IMG/VR virus record: IMGVR_UViG_3300045988_038078
Coordinates: 1-36,671 of that record
DNA from: a virus
Reading direction: 5' to 3' (one strand)
Length of the DNA stretch: 36,671 nucleotides
The number at the start of each line of letters is the position of its first letter. The first letter of the stretch is position 1. The notes under the pieces were generated by a model. That model made no database searches. It was not told where the DNA came from and saw only the letters and a program-made list of their open reading frames with translations. The position numbers and the translations under genes are program-made. Of the stretch, positions 7,701 through 14,830 are shown piece by piece.

Positions 7701-8120
7701 CTATTCGTTTATTGCTTTCAACATCTTCTTTAGTTCTCCCTTGCTTACCATGATGGAAGATGCGAACATCTGTGTTATCCCGATCTCCCATCCGCCCATC
7801 ATTGCACCCATGTTCCGGGCGATGTTATCCGAAGGGTTATTCAAAGGTACGGTTTCCTTTCCGGAGTAATCAAGCATTGACTGAATGATGGCGACCGCTT
7901 GTTCCTTAGTTCCTAGTGATACAGTCATAATCGTTGTGACGTCCTGTTTGACTAGTCCTTTGATTTCGAAGGTATCAGCTACCTTGTACAACTTGATAAC
8001 GCCCATGCGATAGGAACCTACTTGTTCCGGTTCCGGTTTCGGTGATTCTTTGATCTGAGCGGTTGCACTTGCTGCAAAAGCAATGATTAAAACGATAAAT
8101 GCTAAGGTAAACTTTTTCAT
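7701..8120 (-). CDS. Predicted secreted protein with cleavable signal peptide (139 aa)
   Basis: N-terminus MKKFTLAFIVLIIAFAASATAQ has a basic n-region, a hydrophobic core and an A-x-A cleavage-like site. No lipobox Cys. Confidence 0.6.
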   Translation of the reverse strand: MKKFTLAFIVLIIAFAASATAQIKESPKPEPEQVGSYRMGVIKLYKVADTFEIKGLVKQDVTTIMTVSLGTKEQAVAIIQSMLDYSGKETVPLNNPSDNIARNMGAMMGGWEIGITQMFASSIMVSKGELKKMLKAINE

Positions 8121-8155
8121 GATTCTTTGTTATTTAAATGATTAATATTATAATT

Positions 8156-8359
8156 TTAATAGTTAATACCCGTTGACCCGTAAACTCCCCCTTCGTACCA
8201 TCTGCTAAGTTTTCCGAAGTATCCGTACTTTCTGTAATTCGGGATATCTGCTTTAAACATGCTCATGGCTTCCTTCTTGTTCGAAGCGTAATAACGGATT
8301 CCTGTATCTCTACCACTGCAATCTAACACACGGTACGTATTGTTCTGATTCTTTTTCAT
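8156..8359 (-). CDS. Hypothetical protein (67 aa)
   Basis: First ORF after promoter cassette copy 1. ATG at 8359. Confidence 0.5.
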   Translation of the reverse strand: MKKNQNNTYRVLDCSGRDTGIRYYASNKKEAMSMFKADIPNYRKYGYFGKLSRWYEGGVYGSTGINY

Positions 8360-8456
8360 ATCTTTTATTATTTAATTGGTTTCTTATTTCGATATGACAA
8401 ATGTACGGCGAAGTTTTTGTTTTGCCAAATTTTGAACAAAGTATTAACATTCATTA
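8353..8456 (-). promoter_or_regulatory. Promoter cassette copy 1 (about 105 bp, near-identical to 12174-12280)
   Basis: Minus strand reads TTTG (8429..8426), a 20-nt spacer, then TACATTTG (8405..8398). The conserved leader runs to ATGAAAA. An upstream block, AATTTTGAACAAAGTATTAAC, is shared with the other copies. Confidence 0.65.
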
Positions 8457-8466
8457 GTGGACAGAA

Positions 8467-8505
8467 GTTTCACAGTAACGTCCGTTAACGTTTATACTGT
8501 GAAAC
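8467..8505 (-). other. 11-bp stem-loop straddling the SNF2 helicase stop codon
   Basis: GTTTCACAGTA (8467-8477) pairs with TACTGTGAAAC (8495-8505). The loop contains the stop codon at 8485-8487. No U-tract follows. Confidence 0.4.
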
Positions 8506-9888
8506 AATCTCTTTGATAGCATCTATTAACAGCTTCTGTGTACCCGCTTTTTCCTGCAACCTGCTAGCTACCTTTTCGTCTATGGTGCGCTTGGCGATGA
8601 TATGGTGAATGAATACGGGCTTGTTCTGTCCCTGTCTCCATAGCCGGGCGTTGAACTGCTGATACAGTTCCAAGTTCCACGTAGTACCAAACCAAATGAT
8701 GTTGTTACCACCCTTCTGTAAGTTTAGCCCGTGACCCACTGAGGCGGGGTGAGCGATGAGGACCTTTATCTTTCCGGCGTTCCAATCCTTTATAACGGTC
8801 GTGGCGTCTGCTCCCGAATCTCCACCGATCCGGACAGGCTTTAACTTGGATAGCGCTTTCATGATACACTCCGCCTCGTGAATGAAGTTGTAAGCGATAA
8901 GCACGGGTGCACCATTCAACGCCTCTACCATCTCCACAAGCATCTCGATCTTGGCGTCCCCCACCTTTATGATCTTCCGGTCTGCATCATACAGAGCACC
9001 GCTTGCGAACTGCTGTAACTTGCTCGACAGGGCGGCGGCGGACAGGGCGGTTATCTCCTTCTTGTCTCCCACCTCGTCAAACATGGCTAGTACTTGCTCC
9101 TTCTCGAATTCCTTGTACGCTGCATACTCGCTGTCAGACAATGCCACCCTGTCATACAGGTAACTCACCTCCGGCATATCCAAGTAGTCTACGGCTTTCA
9201 TTGAAAGGGTGATGTCGGCGATACGCTCGGACAATTCCGTTTCGGTGTTTTCCCGCGGCTTATAGTTATAGACGATACCACCATTTTGCGCACCCGGTTT
9301 AAAGTAGTTAGCCCGGTAATCGGTGATTGACTTGCCTAGCCGCTTGCCTCCGTCTATGACGAACATTTGTGCCCAAAGGTCTATCAAACCGTTAGGAGCG
9401 GGCGTTCCGGTTAGCCCGATGATCCGGGTAGCGAATCGGCGTATCTTCTTCATTGCTTTAAACCGTTCCGACTGGTGATTCTTAAACGATGATAGCTCAT
9501 CGATCACGATACAATCGAAGGGTACCTTGACACCGCCGAAGTGTTCCAACAGCCAAACGAGGTTGTCACGTCCGATGGTGTACACGTCCGCATCCGCATG
9601 CGCCGCCGCTATCCGCTCCTTCTGTGTCCCGGCAATGACCGATATACGAAGGTTATGAAGGTGGGACCAATTCGAAATTTCATCAGCCCACGTTACTTCG
9701 GCGACACGTTTAGGCGCAACTATGAGTACCTTAGTAACTTCGAAGTATTCTATCATATCGGCTACCGCCGTCAGCGTGGTAACCGTTTTCCCTAATCCCA
9801 TGTCAAGGAACAGAGCGCATTCGGGATTATCCTTGATATGCTCTATTCCTTGTACTTGGTATTTATGCAGTTGGTTTCTATTTAGCAT
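8485..9888 (-). CDS. SNF2-family (SF2) helicase
   Basis: Motif I LDMGLGKT, motif II VIDELS, motif III LTGTPAPNG, motifs V/VI GHGLNLQ and ARLWRQGQ. Confidence 0.85.
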   Translation of the reverse strand: MLNRNQLHKYQVQGIEHIKDNPECALFLDMGLGKTVTTLTAVADMIEYFEVTKVLIVAPKRVAEVTWADEISNWSHLHNLRISVIAGTQKERIAAAHADADVYTIGRDNLVWLLEHFGGVKVPFDCIVIDELSSFKNHQSERFKAMKKIRRFATRIIGLTGTPAPNGLIDLWAQMFVIDGGKRLGKSITDYRANYFKPGAQNGGIVYNYKPRENTETELSERIADITLSMKAVDYLDMPEVSYLYDRVALSDSEYAAYKEFEKEQVLAMFDEVGDKKEITALSAAALSSKLQQFASGALYDADRKIIKVGDAKIEMLVEMVEALNGAPVLIAYNFIHEAECIMKALSKLKPVRIGGDSGADATTVIKDWNAGKIKVLIAHPASVGHGLNLQKGGNNIIWFGTTWNLELYQQFNARLWRQGQNKPVFIHHIIAKRTIDEKVASRLQEKAGTQKLLIDAIKEIVSQYKR

Positions 9889-10183
9889 CTTCTAGGTCTT
9901 CAATATAAACATACCAATAGCTTTTCGTCGGGTCGGTCTCTAGGAGTATCCGGTCATACAAGCAAGGCTCGTCTTCGGGCGACCATCCACGGTTACCCAT
10001 TGGAAGGGTATCGGGCAATTCCATTATGACGGAAGGATAACCTAGCCCGTCTTGCGTGGCGTACCCGGCCACGGTTGCCGTCTCTTTTTCGAATGCTCCT
10101 TCTCTCTTGATAACGAATTTCTTTCCTAAATTCTCATCAGCGAAATCTTTCACTTCTCTTAATAACTCAGTATAAGTTTTCAT
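9878..10183 (-). CDS. Hypothetical protein (101 aa)
   Basis: ORF with ATG, overlapping its neighbours by a few nt (operon packing). Confidence 0.5.
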   Translation of the reverse strand: MKTYTELLREVKDFADENLGKKFVIKREGAFEKETATVAGYATQDGLGYPSVIMELPDTLPMGNRGWSPEDEPCLYDRILLETDPTKSYWYVYIEDLEDAK

Positions 10184-10614
10184 AACCCAATGCTTTTTGT
10201 ATAAAGTTCATCTAATAAATCGTCTAGCGTCCACCGTTCCGGGAACAGCTTAATTAAGGCTTCCACCGTTTCGAGAAGGTCCGGTCGAACACAATCAGTT
10301 CCTAACAAGTCAGCCACGGTGTGTAGCTCGTCATTCTTGTAAACCTCAGACCGAAATGTTTCTTTCAGTTCGTCTGCCGACTGGACCATCGCCGCACCTT
10401 CCAAGTCACCCAAGTTCCGGCGGGAATACTCAGCCCGGAGGACCTTATCGGGAATCTCTGATAACAAGAATTGCTTAATGTTATCCGGTAACCTTCCCAT
10501 GGCTTCCCCGATCATGTAACCGTCCGCTGGGGTATTGTTCGCCATCTTTGTTACGTTATCCACGAACAAGGCTATCCGGTCCTCCTTTAGTTTCTTTCTA
10601 AAATCTACCGCCAT
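10180..10614 (-). CDS. Hypothetical protein (144 aa)
   Basis: ORF with ATG and an ATGA-type junction with the downstream gene. Confidence 0.5.
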   Translation of the reverse strand: MAVDFRKKLKEDRIALFVDNVTKMANNTPADGYMIGEAMGRLPDNIKQFLLSEIPDKVLRAEYSRRNLGDLEGAAMVQSADELKETFRSEVYKNDELHTVADLLGTDCVRPDLLETVEALIKLFPERWTLDDLLDELYTKSIGL

Positions 10615-10618
10615 AATG

Positions 10619-10894
10619 CTATAAGTTTTTAAATTCTTGATTCTGTTTTCTTAATACTTGCCGGATTCTTTTACGGGCGTATTCGGCGATGTCCCTTGCC
10701 ATATCTTGCTCTAGCATAACCGAATCGCTATGATGCACTCCATCGTCATTTACGAATGCCAGTACTACACCTTCGAAACGTTCGCTATCTAGCCACGATG
10801 TTATTTCGTTTACCGCTTCCTCGTTTCTCTCGATATCATAGTTTAACTCGGAGGCACGAAAGTAATCATTTCTATCCATACTACAGAATTTCAT
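10619..10894 (-). CDS. Hypothetical protein (91 aa; alternative ATG at 10879 gives 86 aa)
   Basis: ORF with two candidate ATG starts. No recognisable motif. Confidence 0.45.
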   Translation of the reverse strand: MKFCSMDRNDYFRASELNYDIERNEEAVNEITSWLDSERFEGVVLAFVNDDGVHHSDSVMLEQDMARDIAEYARKRIRQVLRKQNQEFKNL

Positions 10895-11171
10895 TAAGTT
10901 TATCTTCGATTGTTTTCTCCATCTCCCGGCGAATCATTGCCCGGATAAAGTTGTATGCGGTTGGCGCATCTCTGAATTGATCATACCTACACTGGAACTT
11001 AAGTTCTACTTTCCCTATGTTAGCTATCACGGTGAACGATTCCGAATCCGGCTCAAAGTAGATGTTTGTCCGGTCCCACCCTAGCGGCTGTTTCTTCCTC
11101 AGATTCCATGCACTTACTTTAATAAAGCCTAGTGCCAGGAAATGCTGCATAAACTCTGTTCTATCTTCCAT
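10881..11171 (-). CDS. Hypothetical protein (96 aa)
   Basis: ORF with ATG, co-oriented with its neighbours. Confidence 0.5.
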   Translation of the reverse strand: MEDRTEFMQHFLALGFIKVSAWNLRKKQPLGWDRTNIYFEPDSESFTVIANIGKVELKFQCRYDQFRDAPTAYNFIRAMIRREMEKTIEDKLNEIL

Positions 11172-11185
11172 ATACTTCCTGCATT

Positions 11186-11485
11186 TTAATTAAAATGGTC
11201 TATAAGATTCTTAGCTTTCTCGTAGGCCTCTACGCTGTCCACCACGAGGACCAGAAAACCTAAAGCTTGTATTCTCTTATGAACGTATTCCTGTATCTTG
11301 GTGGGCTTCTTTCCAGTGCTTTTGAATTCCACGAAGAGCACCCTCCCACCTTTCAAAAGAAACATCCTGTCCGGCAATCCCCGGAGGAACTGAGACAGCA
11401 GTTTTACCGCCATTCCTCCGGCATCATCCACGTACTTGGAGAGGGTACGCTCGAATACTTTCTCACTGGTCTCTGCACTTTTCAT
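11186..11485 (-). CDS. VRR-NUC domain nuclease
   Basis: PD-(D/E)xK-like core PDRMFLLKGGRVLFVEFKSTGKKPTKIQ. Small size and a position beside the SNF2 helicase are typical for VRR-NUC proteins. Confidence 0.7.
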   Translation of the reverse strand: MKSAETSEKVFERTLSKYVDDAGGMAVKLLSQFLRGLPDRMFLLKGGRVLFVEFKSTGKKPTKIQEYVHKRIQALGFLVLVVDSVEAYEKAKNLIDHFN

Positions 11486-11702
11486 AATCTACTGGGAATG
11501 TAAGTACTTGGTGTTGGAACTTAGCGTTGAACTGCTGCACCCGCTTCGCGATTAGCTTGTACGCTTTACGAACCTTTTGCGCCTCTTCTAAGGTTTTGCA
11601 GCACCCGCCATCTATGGTGCGGAATTGTCTATCACTACCTAGTTCCTGCACACAGAAACGTTCTTGGCGTTGTTCGTTGATCTTTTTAATCCTTGTTTTC
11701 AT
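11463..11702 (-). CDS. Hypothetical protein (79 aa)
   Basis: ORF with ATG. Overlaps the downstream gene by 23 nt. Confidence 0.45.
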   Translation of the reverse strand: MKTRIKKINEQRQERFCVQELGSDRQFRTIDGGCCKTLEEAQKVRKAYKLIAKRVQQFNAKFQHQVLTFPVDYEKCRDQ

Positions 11703-11865
11703 CTTCTTCTACTGTATAAGTTAATAATACTCGGTCACATCTGAATAGTGCCATTACATTCGCTTTGAATTCTTCCGGGGTCAGCCCGGTTACCATGATA
11801 GGCGTCTTACTTATGGTGTCCCATACCTCGCCGTTAATGATGGTTACTTTTTCGATTCTCAACAT
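11686..11865 (-). CDS. Hypothetical small protein (59 aa, below the track cutoff): MLRIEKVTIINGEVWDTISKTPIMVTGLTPEEFKANVMALFRCDRVLLTYTVEEDENKD
   Basis: Translated by hand. ATG at 11865..11863, TAA at 11688..11686. The stop region overlaps the next start. Confidence 0.4.
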   Translation of the reverse strand: MLRIEKVTIINGEVWDTISKTPIMVTGLTPEEFKANVMALFRCDRVLLTYTVEEDENKD

Positions 11866-11936
11866 ACAAATAAAATATAAGCGGTGATTAACACACAGAT
11901 TCCGATGAATCCCAAAACGTTTAATACTTGTTTCAT
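11859..11936 (-). CDS. Possible 25-aa hydrophobic peptide MKQVLNVLGFIGICVLITAYILFVC
   Basis: Translated by hand. ATG at 11936..11934. The TGA at 11861..11859 overlaps the next ATG (ATGTTGA). Single TM-like core. Confidence 0.3.
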   Translation of the reverse strand: MKQVLNVLGFIGICVLITAYILFVC

Positions 11937-11951
11937 ATTCTTTGATTTTGT

Positions 11952-11967
11952 GGGCGGTTGCCCGCCC
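11952..11967 (-). other. GC-rich hairpin with a GNRA tetraloop on the minus strand (GGGCGG GCAA CCGCCC)
   Basis: Plus strand reads GGGCGGTTGCCCGCCC. No U-tract follows, so it is probably an RNA stability or processing element rather than a clean terminator. Confidence 0.35.
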
Positions 11968-11976
11968 GGTTAATGA

Positions 11977-12180
11977 CTAATTAAATACCTGTTCTACTCC
12001 GATTATGTAACCTACTCCGAACAGTCTGTTTAATTTCGGGTCGCTGTTTTTATAAATCTCGTCTACTATTTCGGCAAAACACGGAATTGTCTATTTTGGA
12101 AAATCCAGCCCTACTTTAATGGTTTTCGTTTTATTCACTTCGGTTATTTTAAACTTCACTTTTACTGTAATCGTTTTCAT
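11977..12180 (-). pseudogene. 67-codon reading frame interrupted by one in-frame TAG (12093..12091). The first part, MKTITVKVKFKITEVNKTKTIKVGLDFPK, may be a 29-aa gene.
   Basis: Translated by hand. The same frame continues after the TAG as TIPCFAEIVDEIYKNSDPKLNRLFGVGYIIGVEQVFN, ending at a TAG at 11979..11977. Confidence 0.3.
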
Positions 12181-12280
12181 ATCTTTTATTATTTAAATTG
12201 TTATTCTTATTTCGATATGACAAATGTATGGCGAATATTTGGTTTTGCCAAATTTTGAACAAAGAATTAACTTTGATTAA
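12174..12280 (-). promoter_or_regulatory. Promoter cassette copy 2
   Basis: Minus strand reads TTTG (12252..12249), a 20-nt spacer, then TACATTTG (12228..12221). About nine in ten positions match 8353-8456 by eye, including the leader and ATGAAAA. Confidence 0.65.
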
Positions 12281-12294
12281 CGATACAATAAAAA

Positions 12295-12331
12295 CCACCC
12301 TTACAGGACCGTCTCGGCTGTGTAAGGGTGG
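12295..12331 (-). terminator. Rho-independent terminator after the polymerase/primase operon
   Basis: Perfect 11-bp stem CCACCCTTACA (12295-12305) / TGTAAGGGTGG (12321-12331). On the minus strand it is followed by TTTTTATT. A second small hairpin, GAGGAC-CTCC-GTCCTC, sits at 12373-12388. Confidence 0.75.
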
Positions 12332-12458
12332 GAAAATTAGTGAAAAGCATTTGACTAAATTAGTTTCATGCTGAGGACCTCCGTCCTCGTGAGTTATTTG
12401 AGAATACTATATCTCTAAATGGTGCTACAAAGATAATGCTTTATTCGGTATATGTATC

Positions 12459-14819
12459 CTATCGCCGCACAAACATTGTTTGCTTACCATACAGCTTTAC
12501 GTTTTTCTGCTTGTCCGCCTTAAAACCTGCTCGTTTCAGCATGTTCGCCACCTGCTTAGCCCTTGCTACGTTGAAGTCGGTACGCTTGTTTCCTAGACAT
12601 TCTACCCAAATTTCGAAGGCGCAAAAGCTGTCCCGTATCTCTGTCCCTTCCGGTTGCAATCCCACTTCGTTAACGAAATCTAAGCGGTCGGCGAAATACA
12701 TGTCATTCCAATTAGTAGGGAACTTGCGGTTAACGTACTCGAATACTAAACCTTCTTGCGGGTCTTTCTCCGTGAACTCTTCACGTTTACCGTTGGCGAT
12801 CTCTTCGGCTTCCGGTGACAGGATAAGACTTTCACCTGCTTTATAAAGTTCCACGGCTTCCGCCCAAAGTTGATTAACGATTTCTTGAAACTCCGCTTTT
12901 CGTTTCGGATCGAGAAACACATCGGAGGCGGGGACACGTCTCACAGGGACCGGAAAGAATCGGCGGCTTCCTGTGGGGTCCTTAAGGAAATCATCGTTGT
13001 TGGTGGACCCAAAGAAAACACATTGCCGCCTGTGTGTCTTAACTCTCACCGCATACGCCGCCCGGTAAGTATCCTCCGTTTTAGAGATAAAGTTCTTCAT
13101 CGTCTCAATGTCGGTTTTCTTAAGGGCTGACAGTTCGGCAAGTTCCACAAGCCACGACTTTTGCAGGGCTTCATAAGCTTTAGTGCCTTCCATCGAAACA
13201 AGTGAGTCGTTAAACCAGCCGTTCGCCAACTTCTGAATAAGCGTTGACTTACCTACGCCCTGCTCTGATACCATGATGAACGCCGTATCGAACTTGGTTC
13301 CCGGTTCGAAGATGCGGGCAACTGCCGCCACGAGCATTTTACGGAATGCCTCAGCCGTGTAAATGTTTTGCTCGGCACCCATGTAATCGTGCATGAACGT
13401 GTCTATTCTTGGAATAAAATCCCATTCCCGATCATTCAAGTAGTCTTTAATCGGGTGGAAAGAATTCTCTAAAGCCAGTACCTCGATCACGTCGTTTAAC
13501 CTATCCTTCGCATACAGGCGGTGAAGGCGTTCGATTCTACATTTGATCACGGCTACTCCGGTATCGTCCAATACATCACCTTTTACTTTTGTCTTGTCAA
13601 AGTACGGTGTGCGGGTATAAACAATCACGTCACGGAAAAGGTCATAAGCAAGCAACTTATTCAGCAAAGGGTCCGACTTAAAGGCATTAATAAAGTTAAT
13701 GGTCGTGTTGGTCTTGTTACCTTTCGAATCCAAGTCCCATTCGATTTCCGTTTCTTCCTCTGTCTCTGCAATGGCCTCGTCCGGAATTTCCTCGAAGTCG
13801 CCTAAGTAATCCTCTACGGTGGTTAGTTCCTTAACGACTTCCGAATCCTCGTGTACTAGCTGGTTCATTGCCGTTTCGCTCTCCTTCTTTCCCAAGTGCC
13901 CGAACAAGTGGACGCGTACCAGGTCATAAGCGTTGTATGTGTGTCCGTCTCCGATGGGGTCGGTTGAATGGTGAGAATAGGCGAATTTATCTTCGTACAC
14001 TACCATGCCGGCGGCGGATGTTCCGCCCTTGTACGTGTATCGGTCGCCCTTGCATTCCTCGTAAACGTCAGACAGATATTTTTCTATCGCCCCCTGTATG
14101 GTGTAGACACGACAGAACGCACCGATTAATCCGGTCTTGGTTGTTGGGTCGGCTGATTCTTTGATGAGCGTTCTTACGGTCTGCTCTTCGCTGTCAGCGA
14201 ACGCCCATAGGCGAACGTCTTGCCAAGCCTCACCACCTCCGTACAAGCCTAGGATGTAGTCTACATCCAGTGGTTCGCCTTCTTGCTGCTCGAAGTAAAA
14301 TTGTTGGTCACAGGAAATGGTAGCCCAAAACATTAGGCGTTCGGCTTGAAACGTGGTCGGGTCGAACAGTTCAATCCCCATTATTTCAGCTACCTTGCGT
14401 GAACACGCCTCGTACTCTTCCCGTGTATCTATTTCCCGATTCAATGGGATAATGAGGCGGAATCTACGCTTGTTCGGCCTATCGGAACGTGTACCATAGA
14501 TGGCGGCGGCGCAACTGAATTTAACGGAGAAATCGAAAAAGAAATCATCATTCCCGTAGTCAACATCCAATGTGATGAGGGAACGTGATGTTACCGAATT
14601 CTTGGTACGGCGACCGCCGGAAAGCGTGCCACCCACAAAACCTCCTTTGTCTTTGCGGATAGCCCTTTCCGACTTCGCTAGCAAATCAAATTCCCTGACG
14701 GTTTCAGTATCCACCTTCGGCGTAGAAAGGATGCCTACCAGTTCGTCCCATGTGTAAGACTTCCTTTTCCAATTAGTCGAACGAGCACCACCACCGACAG
14801 AGATATTATATTTTTCCAT
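12459..14819 (-). CDS. DNA primase/helicase (VirE / P4-D5-like P-loop NTPase with an N-terminal primase-like region)
   Basis: Walker A VSEQGVGKSTLIQKL and Walker B-like WLVELAELS. N-terminal acidic motif LITLDVDYG (DxD-like). The 786-aa size and position next to the polymerase fit. Confidence 0.7.
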   Translation of the reverse strand: MEKYNISVGGGARSTNWKRKSYTWDELVGILSTPKVDTETVREFDLLAKSERAIRKDKGGFVGGTLSGGRRTKNSVTSRSLITLDVDYGNDDFFFDFSVKFSCAAAIYGTRSDRPNKRRFRLIIPLNREIDTREEYEACSRKVAEIMGIELFDPTTFQAERLMFWATISCDQQFYFEQQEGEPLDVDYILGLYGGGEAWQDVRLWAFADSEEQTVRTLIKESADPTTKTGLIGAFCRVYTIQGAIEKYLSDVYEECKGDRYTYKGGTSAAGMVVYEDKFAYSHHSTDPIGDGHTYNAYDLVRVHLFGHLGKKESETAMNQLVHEDSEVVKELTTVEDYLGDFEEIPDEAIAETEEETEIEWDLDSKGNKTNTTINFINAFKSDPLLNKLLAYDLFRDVIVYTRTPYFDKTKVKGDVLDDTGVAVIKCRIERLHRLYAKDRLNDVIEVLALENSFHPIKDYLNDREWDFIPRIDTFMHDYMGAEQNIYTAEAFRKMLVAAVARIFEPGTKFDTAFIMVSEQGVGKSTLIQKLANGWFNDSLVSMEGTKAYEALQKSWLVELAELSALKKTDIETMKNFISKTEDTYRAAYAVRVKTHRRQCVFFGSTNNDDFLKDPTGSRRFFPVPVRRVPASDVFLDPKRKAEFQEIVNQLWAEAVELYKAGESLILSPEAEEIANGKREEFTEKDPQEGLVFEYVNRKFPTNWNDMYFADRLDFVNEVGLQPEGTEIRDSFCAFEIWVECLGNKRTDFNVARAKQVANMLKRAGFKADKQKNVKLYGKQTMFVRR

Positions 14820-14830
14820 AACTAAATTAT

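Noticed and set aside
7495-7791. Long (98-aa) version of the Cys-rich ORF, and long versions of 2058..2747, 6279..6758, 3870..4505, 19799..20122 and 26807..27847
   Set aside because: The extended 5' parts overlap the upstream gene by 18-120 nt, start at GTG/TTG, or in one case lie inside a promoter-like box. In every case an ATG sits a few nt after the upstream stop, so I used the shorter coordinates.
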